Shown in pieces: positions 9,623 to 19,580 of a stretch of 64,000 nucleotides of DNA; position 1 is the first letter of the stretch; every line of letters begins with the position of its first letter. The notes beneath the pieces were generated by a model that worked only from the letters and a program-made list of their open reading frames with translations, was not told the origin of the DNA and did no database searches. The DNA is from Candidatus Kaiserbacteria bacterium. GTDB lineage: Bacteria; Patescibacteriota; Minisyncoccia; Phycocordibacterales; Phycocordibacteraceae. The stretch covers positions 7,276-71,275 of the forward strand of contig CAWEXP010000010.1 of the NCBI GenBank assembly GCA_963813065.1, in the 5' to 3' direction. The position numbers and the translations under genes were made by a program.

Positions 9623-10297
9623 ATGTTGGACTACCATCTACACGTGCCAGACCCTTCGCTGGGCCGGTTCATTGCATTCGAAGGAGGCGAGGGCTCGGGC
9701 AAATCTACGCAGATGAACTTGTTGCGAGAACGTTCGTCGGTGTTGTTCCCACATGAAGCGTTCATCTTCACTCGTGAACCCGGAGGCTCTCTCTTCGCCG
9801 AAAAGGCTCGAACGCTCCTCGTCTCGGACGATGCGGCTGATCTCGACGGCATTACCCAGCTTTTGCTCGTCGGCTCGGGGCGTGCGGATCATCTCCGTCG
9901 CGTCATTGAGCCGAGCCTCAAGGCCGGGAAGAATGTCGTGACGGACCGATTCGTTCCGTCGACCTTCAACTACCAGTTCTTTTCGTCCGATACGCCGGTT
10001 CTCGAAGCGTTCTTCTGGCAGTACTGCAAAACCCTGAAGTATCTGCCGCACGTCACGCTCATTTTCGACATCGACCCAAAGCTTGGTGCCGAACGTGCCG
10101 CGCGTCGGCGAAATCAGGCCGTCTCGCACTTCGATGCGCGCCGGCTTGAATTCCATGAGAAGGTGCGCGAAGGCTATTTGACCTGGAGCCGGATGTTCCC
10201 GCAGTATTGCGAGATTATCGATGCTGGTTTGTCAGAAGAAGAGGTGCACGAACAGGTTGTCACCTGCCTGAGCGCACTCTGTACGCGCACAAACTAG
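9623..10297 (+). CDS. tmk: Thymidylate kinase
   Basis: FIAFEGGEGSGKSTQ, TREPGG, VVTDRF and FHEKVREGY motifs. Confidence 0.93.
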   Translation: MLDYHLHVPDPSLGRFIAFEGGEGSGKSTQMNLLRERSSVLFPHEAFIFTREPGGSLFAEKARTLLVSDDAADLDGITQLLLVGSGRADHLRRVIEPSLKAGKNVVTDRFVPSTFNYQFFSSDTPVLEAFFWQYCKTLKYLPHVTLIFDIDPKLGAERAARRRNQAVSHFDARRLEFHEKVREGYLTWSRMFPQYCEIIDAGLSEEEVHEQVVTCLSALCTRTN

Positions 10298-10400
10298 CAG
10301 CGCCAACCCCGCGACACGTGTCGCGGGCTTTCTTTTGGCAGCACTTGCATTTATTGAATAAGTGTGATATTAAATAATGAGGCCAACGTAGGAGGATTGA

Positions 10401-10934
10401 ATGGAGTCCAATAGCCATGAACAGGAACACGTCCAGCTAGCACTCAAACTGCTGTCATTTCTCGATCGCCCAGGACAGGGGACGCGTCGCGTTGTGGAAG
10501 CGGCAATGAGAATCGACCCGATGTGGGCTCTCTATGCTGAGGACTTGGCGATATCGTTGATTAGCGGCGACGAAACAATATGGGCAAAGTTGCTCGCGGG
10601 AGTCTTTCGTCCCGAATACCGCTTCATCAGGCGCTATCCCCGCAATGAATTCGGCATCGACTGGTCGAAAGGCGAGAAGCTTGATCTCTACGTGGTATTC
10701 AAAGCATTTTCGCCCTTTGCGGACAACGTTCTAATGTTCTTTCCCATGCAAGAAGGTCTCGCCGAGATGTGCGAAGAAGTCTTGCACAAGTCTCAGTGGT
10801 GTTCCGACTACGACGAGTTTATGTTCGTCGCGGAAGATACGGCATCTGGGCAGAAGATACGCCCGATATGGATTCGCCCGAAGCCCGGCTCACCCTTAGC
10901 AGACCAGCGAACAGGGCCAGCCATTACCGTATAA
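10401..10934 (+). CDS. Hypothetical protein
   Basis: ORF with strong RBS AGGAGG, own promoter-like sequence and terminator. Confidence 0.7.
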   Translation: MESNSHEQEHVQLALKLLSFLDRPGQGTRRVVEAAMRIDPMWALYAEDLAISLISGDETIWAKLLAGVFRPEYRFIRRYPRNEFGIDWSKGEKLDLYVVFKAFSPFADNVLMFFPMQEGLAEMCEEVLHKSQWCSDYDEFMFVAEDTASGQKIRPIWIRPKPGSPLADQRTGPAITV

Positions 10935-11041
10935 CCGTTTGCCCGCCTCCTCGGAGGCGGGTTTTTCTATCACATGCCTCGAATTCGCCCGCCTCTTCGG
11001 AGGCGGGCTTTTTCATTGGCGCACGTGGTATGCTCGCGGAT

Positions 11042-12709
11042 ATGGAGGAGAAGATACGAAAAGCAGTTGCGGAGGCACTCGAAAAGACCGGCGCAGGGGC
11101 GGTCGCGTTTAACGTCGAGCGGCCGACCGAGCTCGCCTTCGGCGATTATGCGACCAACGCGGCTATGGTCGCCGCAAAACAATTGAAGCAGAATCCGCGC
11201 GAGCTCGCGGACTCGCTCGCGCGCGCCCTCGAAGATTCGCTTGGCGACGAGATTGCAAAAATCGACGTCGCTGGGCCGGGCTTCATTAATTTCACTCTCG
11301 CGTCGAGCGTTGTTCGATTCCAGGTCGCGGAAGCGGTGACGAAGGGTGCGGCGTGGGGAAGGGGCGATGTTCTCGTGGGAAAAAAGATTTTGATTGAAAA
11401 AAGTGCACCAAATCTCTTCAAGCCATTTCACATCGGGCACCTCGTGAACATTTCAATCGGGGAGTCCTTGTCTCGACTGATGCGTAGCGCGGGAGGCAAC
11501 GTCACCGATGTGGCATATCCTTCTGATATTTCGCTTGGCGTCGCCAAGGCGGTCTGGGCAATTCTCGATAAAAAGATTCAGGACAACCTCACTATTAATC
11601 TCATCGGGGAGTGTTACGCGTACGGGACGAAAGCGTACGAAGAGAGAGAAGAAGTGCAGCGCGAAATTATTGAGATAAATCAGAAACTGAACGCCGCACA
11701 GCCCGGCCCAGAGTGGGATGCGTACCAGAAGGGGAAAGAGCTTAATCTCTCCTACTTCAAACAAATTACCGCGCGCCTCGGCTCCGATTTTGCCGACTAC
11801 TTCTTCGAGAGCGAGTCGGGGCGGGTTGGGAAAGGAATCGTGGAAGCGCACATCGGCGACGTATTCGAGAAATCGAATGGGGCAGTTATCTTCCCGGGCG
11901 AGAAATACGGACTGCATACCCGCGTGTTCATAACCTCGCAGGGGCTACCGGTCTACGAGGCTAAGGATATCGGTCTCTTGAAGTTGAAGTTTGATAAATA
12001 TAATCCCGATCAATCCTTCGTGTTCACCGACGTTGAACAAAAGCAATATTTTGAAGTAATTAAGCAGGCCGCATCGCTCATCAATCTCGCATGGGGCGAG
12101 CATTCGACCTATTGGCAGCATGGGCGCTTGCGGTTGGTCAGCGGGAAGATCTCTTCGCGGTACGGCAACGTTCCTCTTGCCGAGGACCTTGTTGATCAGG
12201 TGAAAGCACTCGTCTTGGCGAAAATCGAGACTTCCGCACATAAAGAAAATCCGGGAAACGAAATCATCGAGCAAATTGCGATCGGCGCACTCAAGTTTGC
12301 ATTTCTACGCAGTGCTCCGGGCAGTAATATTGTCTTCGACTTCGACCAATCACTCTCGCTCGAGGGTGACTCGGGGCCGTACTTACAATACGCACTTGTG
12401 CGCGCGAAGAAAATCTTGGCCTATGCTGGCGGCGAAGGGGGTACCGAGGTGCCGGACGCGCCCTACGCGATCGAACGCGTGCTCGTGCATTATCCCGAGG
12501 TGGTAGCGCGTGCGGCGCGCGAGCTTGCACCAAACTTGCTCGTAAATTATTTGACCGAACTCGCCGCGGCCTGGAATTCTTTTTACGGGAGCGAACAAAT
12601 TCTCGGCTCGCCCGAAGAGTCCTATAAACAGGAAGTCGCACGCGCCTTCGCGCAGACGATGGTAAATGGTCTCGCGCTCCTCGGCATCCCCGCGCCCGAG
12701 AAGATGTGA
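11042..12709 (+). CDS. argS: Arginyl-tRNA synthetase
   Basis: FGDYATN, AGPGFINF, PNLFKPFHIGH, KISSRYGN, EGDSGPYLQY. Confidence 0.96.
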   Translation: MEEKIRKAVAEALEKTGAGAVAFNVERPTELAFGDYATNAAMVAAKQLKQNPRELADSLARALEDSLGDEIAKIDVAGPGFINFTLASSVVRFQVAEAVTKGAAWGRGDVLVGKKILIEKSAPNLFKPFHIGHLVNISIGESLSRLMRSAGGNVTDVAYPSDISLGVAKAVWAILDKKIQDNLTINLIGECYAYGTKAYEEREEVQREIIEINQKLNAAQPGPEWDAYQKGKELNLSYFKQITARLGSDFADYFFESESGRVGKGIVEAHIGDVFEKSNGAVIFPGEKYGLHTRVFITSQGLPVYEAKDIGLLKLKFDKYNPDQSFVFTDVEQKQYFEVIKQAASLINLAWGEHSTYWQHGRLRLVSGKISSRYGNVPLAEDLVDQVKALVLAKIETSAHKENPGNEIIEQIAIGALKFAFLRSAPGSNIVFDFDQSLSLEGDSGPYLQYALVRAKKILAYAGGEGGTEVPDAPYAIERVLVHYPEVVARAARELAPNLLVNYLTELAAAWNSFYGSEQILGSPEESYKQEVARAFAQTMVNGLALLGIPAPEKM

Positions 12710-12771
12710 TTGCACAAAGGCCCTAAGAGCGGTATCTTCTCGAGCAGGTGTAACCCAAGCAGAAGGGCTTT

Positions 12772-13009
12772 CATGAGACAAGAACTGCCGATGACCACGA
12801 CCGTACGCGATTCTCTCCGCGAACATTGTGGAGGGCCGCTGATTGATTTCGATCAAGCGCCGCCGCCGAGGCTGGAAGACATTGTCTTAACTGTGGCAGA
12901 TCTGAATCCCAAACCCATTCGCCCCAAAGGCAGGAGTGGCCTCCGCCCGCGCGGTGGCAGAGATCACATGAGCATACGGCGGCCTCGTGGGGCACGTCGG
13001 GCCCGATAG
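12772..13009 (+). CDS. Possible small hypothetical protein
   Basis: Short ORF between argS and ileS, followed by a hairpin; no family. Confidence 0.3.
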
Positions 13010-13082
13010 CGAAACCGATTATATTCTCGCGCCCACTCGGGGCGCGGTTTCTTTTTTGGCTTATAAACGCTACTCTATTCAC

Positions 13083-16000
13083 ATGCCAGACGTCGAGAAA
13101 TCGGAGGTCGCAAAGAAAGAGGAGGAAACCCTCGCTTTCTGGGAGCGTGAGCACATTTTCGAGAAGTCACTCGCTCAGCCAGCACCGAAGGGAGATTTTG
13201 TTTTCTATGATGGCCCGCCCTTTGCTACTGGTCTTCCACACTACGGCCATATCGTGGCGAGTGTAATCAAGGACGCCATTCCACGTTACAAGACGATGCA
13301 GGGGTATCGTGTGCCGCGCCGGTGGGGCTGGGACACGCACGGTCTCCCAATTGAAAATGTGGTCGAAAAGGAGCTTGGCTTCACACACAAGAAGGACATC
13401 AAGCAGTATGGTGTCGAGAAGTTTAACGAGCGATGTCGCGAGCTCGTGCTCGGATATGTCGGTGAATGGAAGAAAATTATTCCGCGCATCGGGCGCTTCG
13501 TCGACATGGAGCATTCGTACACCACCATGGATGCATCCTTCATGGAGAGCGTGTGGTGGGTTTTCAAACAGATATACGACAAGGGTCTGGTGTATGAGGA
13601 CTATCGCTCGATGCATATCTGTCCGCGGTGCGAGACGACGCTCTCGCAACAGGAAGTGGCCGAGGGGTACAAAGATGTAAAAGACATTTCGGTGACGGTG
13701 AAGTTCAAGGTTACGAACCCCGAGAAGCTCGGCCTCTCGGGCGACGTGTACCTTCTCGCATGGACGACCACACCGTGGACACTGCCGGGCAATGTTGCTC
13801 TCGCCGTTGGCAAGGAAACACCAATCGCGCCGTTTGTGTATGTGGCATGGAAAGAAAATAATGAAACAGTCATTACATCGGCGGCTTATTATGCGAAGTT
13901 GAAAGGCGCAGCGATGACTCCTGGATCAGTTTTGTTTGGGCCGCAAGACCTCATTGGCCTCGAATACGAACCACCATTCGACTACTACAAAAAAGATGCG
14001 AATTTGAAGAACAGAGAGAACGGTTGGAAAGTGTATGCCGCAGATTTCGTCACGACCGACACGGGCACCGGCATTGTGCATATCGCACCCGCCTTTGGTG
14101 AAGACGATATGGTGCTCGGCAAAGAGAAGAATCTGCCTTTCGTACAGCATGTCGCCTACGATGGCACGATGCGACCGGAGGTGACTGACTTCGCTGGTCA
14201 GCCCGTGAAGCCACGCTCGGACGATGACAAAGTGCGCCTCGGTACTGACATTGCAGTGATCAAATATCTGCAGGAGCACGGAACCTTCTTCTCGAAAGAG
14301 AATATTGTGCACAGCTATCCGCACTGTTGGCGTTGCGACACACCGCTTTTGAATTATGCGACGACCTCATGGTTTGTAGAAGTAACAGCGCTCAAGAACG
14401 AACTTATTGAACATGCGAAAAAAATTAACTGGACGCCCGCGCATGTTAAGGACGGACGCTTCGGCAAGTGGCTTGAAGGTGCGCGCGATTGGTCCATCTC
14501 GCGCCAACGCTTCTGGGCGAGTGTCATTCCACTCTGGAAGGATGCGGCGGGGGGGATTACTGCCATTGGGTCGGTCGAAGAATTAAAAAAGCACACCAAG
14601 AAGTCGGGCAATACGTATTTCGTGATGCGGCACGGCGAGGCCGAGCACAATGTCGCAGACATTTTGAACGGGGAAGATCGCGGCCGTTATCCACTCACTG
14701 CCGAGGGCCGTGCGCAGGCAATCGCGGCGGCGAACGTTCTCGCGGGCGAGCGGGTCGGTGCCATATATGCCTCGCCATTTCTTCGTGCGCAGGAAACCGC
14801 GAAAATAATCGCACAGAAGCTGGGTATCCCCGAGACCGCCATCATCACCGACGACCGATTGCGTGAACTCGGCTTCGGCACGCTCGAGGGCACGAGCTAT
14901 AAAAAGTTTCTCGCGTATCGCGATACGCATCCGATCGGCTTCGACGAGCCGGTCGCTCTCGGCGGCGAGAGTTACCAGCATGCGAAGAATCGTTTCGCGG
15001 AGTTTCTCTACGAGCTTGAACGCTCTGTCTCGCATAAAACGATCTTGGTTATCACGCACGGCATCGGTGTCGAGACGTTCGAGGCGGTCGTCCGCGGGGC
15101 AGGGAAGGAGGAGTCGAAGAAATTACTCGGCCCTTTGCACGCGCACCGCGGCGAATTGCGGAAATTTGATTTTGTCCCACTCCCACACAATGCTAATTAC
15201 GAGCTCGATTTGCACTTGCCGTATATCGATAATGTGCAACTGGTGAACGAGACAGGGGAGCCGCTCATCCGCGTTCCCGACGTGCTCGACACATGGTTTG
15301 ACTCCGGTTCAATGCCCTACGCGCAGGCGCACTATCCGTTTGAACATAAGGATGATTTCGAAAAGACATTCCCGGCACAATTTATCGCCGAGGGTATCGA
15401 TCAGACGCGCGCATGGTTCTACTATCTCCATGTTCTTTCGAGTGCAGCCCTTGATACAAACGCGTTCGAGAATGTCATTGTCAATGGCACCGTGCTCGCA
15501 GAAGACGGTAAGAAGATGTCGAAGAAACTCCAGAATTATCCGGATCCGATGCTACTCGTTGATACGTATGGTGCCGATGCGATGCGTTTCTATCTGCTCG
15601 CATCGCCGGTGGTCGAGGCCGAGAATCTTGCCTTCACCGAGGGCGGTGTTGATGAGGTCGCTAAGAAAAATATCGGGCGCCTGACCAATACGCTCTCATT
15701 TTATGCACTGTTTGCAGATGGCACGCCGGCTTCGCCCACTAGTACTGACCTTCTTGACCGATGGATTTTCACGCGCCTCAAGGAGCTGGTGCAGGAGGCG
15801 ACCGCAGGGTATGAGCGTTATGAACTAGACCGTGCGGTGCGGCCAGTGGCGCTGTTCGTTGACGATCTTTCTGCGTGGTACGTACGCCGTTCGCGGGACC
15901 GTTTCAAAGAAGAAGGGGGAGGGAAGACGGCTGCGCTTGCGACATTACGGTACGTACTGAAAGAGTTTTCGAAAGTGATCGCACCCAGTATGCCCTTTAT

Positions 16001-16496
16001 CGCCGAACAGATTTTTCAGAATGTACGTGAGGAAAAGGATTCGCAGAGCGTGCACCTTGCCGAATGGCCCGAGGCACTCGGTATTTCGGCCGAAGAAAAA
16101 ATATTCGTCGCGCAGATGGGACGCGTTCGTGAGATTGCCTCGGCGGCGTTACAGCTACGCCAAAAGGCGAATATAAAAGTGCGACAGCCGCTCGCGAAAC
16201 TCTCTATTCCGGACGGAGACACTCTTTCAGAGGAACTTCTGCAGATTATCGCTGATGAGGTGAATGTGGAAAAAGTAATTCCCGGAGGCGCGAAGGAAAT
16301 AGTGCTCGACACCGATCTTACTCCCGAACTCGTTCTGGCGGGCGACAAACGCGAGATTGTCCGCGCTGTTGCTGAAGCGCGCAAGGCGGAAGGACTTTCT
16401 CTTAAAGACAAGGCGCATCACGAAATACGCGCAGGAGGGAAGTACAAAGTGACACTCTCGACTGGCGCTGTAGAGTTCGACCTCGTCCGCGAATAA
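13083..16496 (+). CDS. ileS: Isoleucyl-tRNA synthetase (type 2-like) with inserted histidine-phosphatase domain
   Basis: DGPPFATGLPHYGH, WTTTPWTLPGN, DWSISRQRFW, KMSKK; internal RHGE domain at about 14600-15170. Confidence 0.96.
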   Translation: MPDVEKSEVAKKEEETLAFWEREHIFEKSLAQPAPKGDFVFYDGPPFATGLPHYGHIVASVIKDAIPRYKTMQGYRVPRRWGWDTHGLPIENVVEKELGFTHKKDIKQYGVEKFNERCRELVLGYVGEWKKIIPRIGRFVDMEHSYTTMDASFMESVWWVFKQIYDKGLVYEDYRSMHICPRCETTLSQQEVAEGYKDVKDISVTVKFKVTNPEKLGLSGDVYLLAWTTTPWTLPGNVALAVGKETPIAPFVYVAWKENNETVITSAAYYAKLKGAAMTPGSVLFGPQDLIGLEYEPPFDYYKKDANLKNRENGWKVYAADFVTTDTGTGIVHIAPAFGEDDMVLGKEKNLPFVQHVAYDGTMRPEVTDFAGQPVKPRSDDDKVRLGTDIAVIKYLQEHGTFFSKENIVHSYPHCWRCDTPLLNYATTSWFVEVTALKNELIEHAKKINWTPAHVKDGRFGKWLEGARDWSISRQRFWASVIPLWKDAAGGITAIGSVEELKKHTKKSGNTYFVMRHGEAEHNVADILNGEDRGRYPLTAEGRAQAIAAANVLAGERVGAIYASPFLRAQETAKIIAQKLGIPETAIITDDRLRELGFGTLEGTSYKKFLAYRDTHPIGFDEPVALGGESYQHAKNRFAEFLYELERSVSHKTILVITHGIGVETFEAVVRGAGKEESKKLLGPLHAHRGELRKFDFVPLPHNANYELDLHLPYIDNVQLVNETGEPLIRVPDVLDTWFDSGSMPYAQAHYPFEHKDDFEKTFPAQFIAEGIDQTRAWFYYLHVLSSAALDTNAFENVIVNGTVLAEDGKKMSKKLQNYPDPMLLVDTYGADAMRFYLLASPVVEAENLAFTEGGVDEVAKKNIGRLTNTLSFYALFADGTPASPTSTDLLDRWIFTRLKELVQEATAGYERYELDRAVRPVALFVDDLSAWYVRRSRDRFKEEGGGKTAALATLRYVLKEFSKVIAPSMPFIAEQIFQNVREEKDSQSVHLAEWPEALGISAEEKIFVAQMGRVREIASAALQLRQKANIKVRQPLAKLSIPDGDTLSEELLQIIADEVNVEKVIPGGAKEIVLDTDLTPELVLAGDKREIVRAVAEARKAEGLSLKDKAHHEIRAGGKYKVTLSTGAVEFDLVRE

Positions 16497-16536
16497 AGAA
16501 AAAACGACGCGAAACAATGTTCGCGCCGCTCTTTAT

Positions 16537-17001
16537 TCAACACACCGCATCTCGTTTCGTCCATTCCATCCAGATGCGTGGCGTGCCGCTTTCTTCGTAG
16601 TTCTCGATGGCTGGTCGGTCGGCTTTGGTGAATCCGACTCTTTCGTAGAGGGCAATTGCAGGGATATTGTGAGGATGTACCACCAGATCCACTTGTCGCA
16701 CTGTCGCATGCTGTGAGAGCACCATACAAAGAACGCTCCTGCTTATGCCCTTGTGCTCATTGCCTGGGAGCGTTGCCACCTGACTGATGTAGAGATGTTG
16801 ATCCTGAAAATTGTAGGAAAAGAGTCCGACTGGCTTCGCTTTGCTCATCAGGAAGAACACGTTCTCTCCCGGCTTATTAAGCTCGTCGAGAACATCGTCT
16901 TCTGATTCCGCCATGAGGTTATACGGAGTGACGACTGTTCGCCCAAGTTCGCAGTATTGTCGTGCGGTTTCAAGGCCGACTCGTTGCATGCTAATTTTCA
17001 T
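16537..17001 (-). CDS. GNAT family N-acetyltransferase
   Basis: LYISQVAT.P...HKGI and LVVHPHNIPAIALYERVGF motifs. Confidence 0.85.
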   Translation of the reverse strand: MKISMQRVGLETARQYCELGRTVVTPYNLMAESEDDVLDELNKPGENVFFLMSKAKPVGLFSYNFQDQHLYISQVATLPGNEHKGISRSVLCMVLSQHATVRQVDLVVHPHNIPAIALYERVGFTKADRPAIENYEESGTPRIWMEWTKRDAVC

Positions 17002-17097
17002 GAGAACCTCCAAAGATGATCTGCCATGATGGTGACACACTATAAGACTTATAGCAATGGTGATTTGGTATGACGTATCATCAGTCGATGCAAGGGT

Positions 17098-17661
17098 ATG
17101 CGACATAACTACACGACGCACGCGCTGGTGCTCGCGCGGACGCCACTCGGCGAGGCGAATGGTTTTATTACCATCCTGACCGACGAGCTCGGGCTCCTGC
17201 GCGCGCGAGCGCAGGGGATACGCAAGCCAGGGGCGAAGCTCGCCTCAGCGCTCGCGACCTATGCCGAGAGCATCATGACCCTCGTGCGCGGGCGCGAAGG
17301 GTGGCGCATCACGGGCGCCACGCTCGAGATGCCGTGGTTCACGCGAATAGGAACGCGCGCCGCGCGTACTCGCGCGGCGCGTATCACTGGTCTCGTCTTG
17401 CGTTTGGTCGCGGGCGAGTCGGCAGAGTCTGCTGTTTTCCCCATCCTTACTACCTTTTTCAATGCGCTCGCGATACTGCCTGAAGAATCGCATGAAGCGG
17501 TCGAGGTGCTTACGGCGCTCGCGATTCTTTCCGCTCTCGGGCTCGACGCCGGCGTCAGTGTCCCGCGCACCTTCGACCCCGCGGCACTCGGCGATTTCGC
17601 CGCGCATCGCCGCGACTATATTGCGCGCATCAACCGCGGTATCGAGGCAAGCGGCCTGTGA
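17098..17661 (+). CDS. recO: DNA repair protein RecO (short form)
   Basis: ALVLARTPLGEAN..ITILTDELG..RARAQGIRK..AKL N-terminal OB motif. Confidence 0.8.
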   Translation: MRHNYTTHALVLARTPLGEANGFITILTDELGLLRARAQGIRKPGAKLASALATYAESIMTLVRGREGWRITGATLEMPWFTRIGTRAARTRAARITGLVLRLVAGESAESAVFPILTTFFNALAILPEESHEAVEVLTALAILSALGLDAGVSVPRTFDPAALGDFAAHRRDYIARINRGIEASGL

Positions 17662-17681
17662 GTGCGTTATACTGGCGGGGA

Positions 17682-19553
17682 ATGGAACACGACGGTCTCG
17701 GCTCACTCGAACGTGCGCGCGAAGGTCTCTACGCTCCCAAGCGCGCGGCGAGCACTGCGCGCCCTGGCCTCGACACCGAGGAGTCGCGCGACTTGCCACA
17801 CGCCTGGGATGAGCGCGCGGCTCTGCGCGCCTATCGCCCGGGCCAGCACACTCGCGTCGCGGGGATTTTCTTCGCCGGCGCATTTCTCTTCTTTCTCCTT
17901 GCGCTCGCCGTCTCGGGATATTTCCTCTACTTCGGTGGCAACTCAGTCTCGGTCAACAATGTCGACATTGCGCTCCAAGGCCCGACCACCATCGCCGGCG
18001 GCGACACCTTACCGCTCTCACTCGCCATCACCAATCGCAACTCCGTCCCCATCGAAAACGCGACGATTGAAGTCGATTTCCCCGACGGTACGCGGAGCGC
18101 CGAAAATGTGCTCACCAATTATCCTCGCTACACCGAGAATCTCGGCACCATCGCACCGGGTGCGACCATCACGCGCTCGGTGAAGGCCGTCATCTTCGGT
18201 GGTAATGGCCAATCGCTCTCGCTACCGATTGCGCTTTCATACAGTATCGCCGGTTCGAACTCAGTCTTCGTAAAAAAAAGTTCGTATGCGCTCGGCATCT
18301 CGACGACGCCACTCTCGGTCTCGGTGGAGGGGCCTACCGAGGGAGTGTCCGGTCAGCCAATCACCTTAAAGCTTGTTGCACGCTCGAACGCGGCTACGTC
18401 GCTCCCGAACGTCGCGATCGCCGCTGAACTCCCGAACGGCTTCACGCTCGCCTCATCTTCGCTCGCGCTCCAGGGGTCACTTTTCCCGGTGGGCACGCTC
18501 GCGGCAGGCGCCAGCCGGACGCTCGTTGTCAGTGGCACCCTCTCGGGTGTGAGCGGTGCGCCGCAGGTATTCCATTTCACCATTGGGACTACGGGCGGGA
18601 CGAACGCGAGTGCGCTCGCCGTTTCCTATATGCAACAAGACGCAACCGTTCTCCTCACCGCGCCTTTCATCAGCACGACGCTCTCGCTCAATGGCGATAC
18701 CTCGGGTTCGAGCGTCGTCACGCCTGGTGCGCGGCAGAGCGTGACGCTCTCCTATACCAACACGCTCGACACCGCAGTCAGCGATGCTGTGGTCGAAGTC
18801 ACGCTCTCCGGTGCGGCGATTGATTATTCGAGCATCCAGACCAGTAACGGCTTCTATCAGTCGGCAACACATTCAATCGTCTTCAGTCGCGACACCGATC
18901 CATCGCTTGCGTCACTCGCGCCTGGCGCTTCGGGCCTCGGAACGTTCACCTTCCAGACATTGCCCGCAAGTTCCGCCGTGCGCGACCCGCTTATTGTGCT
19001 CTCGACCTCGGTCTCGGGTACACGCGTTGGCCAAACCAACGTTCCAGAGCAAGTAACCGCATCGAGTGTCGCGACTGCCAAGGTCTCGTCGTCGCTCTCG
19101 CTCAACGCCACGACGCTCCACTCCTCGGGCAGTATCCGCAACACGGGCCCGGTACCGCCGACGCCCGGCACGGCGACCACCTACAGCATCGTCTGGACCA
19201 TTCGTGGTGGCGGCAATGCGGTCGCGGGTGCGAGCGTCTCGGCGACGCTCCCGAGCTATGTTACGTACACCGGCCTCACGAGTGGGAGTGGTTTCTCCTA
19301 CGATGCATCATCGCGTGTGGTCTCGTGGAATGCGGGCGATCTCTCGGCGGGATCGAGCGCACAAGGAGCTTTCCAAGTTTCGCTCACCCCCTCGACCTCG
19401 CAGGAGGGGAGTGATCCGGCACTGACTACTGCGCCGGCCCTTACTGCTTTCGACCGGTATGCGCAGGTCTCGGTAACCGCCTCGGCTTCGCCGAGCACCA
19501 CCGAGATGCCCGCCGATCCGGGCTATAGCCCGACCGAGGCGAGCGTGCACTAA
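17682..19553 (+). CDS. Membrane-anchored Ser/Thr-rich extracellular protein with Ig-like repeats
   Basis: Single TM helix followed by beta-rich repeats (VSWNAGDL, LGTIAPG). Confidence 0.8.
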   Translation: MEHDGLGSLERAREGLYAPKRAASTARPGLDTEESRDLPHAWDERAALRAYRPGQHTRVAGIFFAGAFLFFLLALAVSGYFLYFGGNSVSVNNVDIALQGPTTIAGGDTLPLSLAITNRNSVPIENATIEVDFPDGTRSAENVLTNYPRYTENLGTIAPGATITRSVKAVIFGGNGQSLSLPIALSYSIAGSNSVFVKKSSYALGISTTPLSVSVEGPTEGVSGQPITLKLVARSNAATSLPNVAIAAELPNGFTLASSSLALQGSLFPVGTLAAGASRTLVVSGTLSGVSGAPQVFHFTIGTTGGTNASALAVSYMQQDATVLLTAPFISTTLSLNGDTSGSSVVTPGARQSVTLSYTNTLDTAVSDAVVEVTLSGAAIDYSSIQTSNGFYQSATHSIVFSRDTDPSLASLAPGASGLGTFTFQTLPASSAVRDPLIVLSTSVSGTRVGQTNVPEQVTASSVATAKVSSSLSLNATTLHSSGSIRNTGPVPPTPGTATTYSIVWTIRGGGNAVAGASVSATLPSYVTYTGLTSGSGFSYDASSRVVSWNAGDLSAGSSAQGAFQVSLTPSTSQEGSDPALTTAPALTAFDRYAQVSVTASASPSTTEMPADPGYSPTEASVH

Positions 19554-19580
19554 TGCCACCTTTCGTATAAGGTATCCCGT

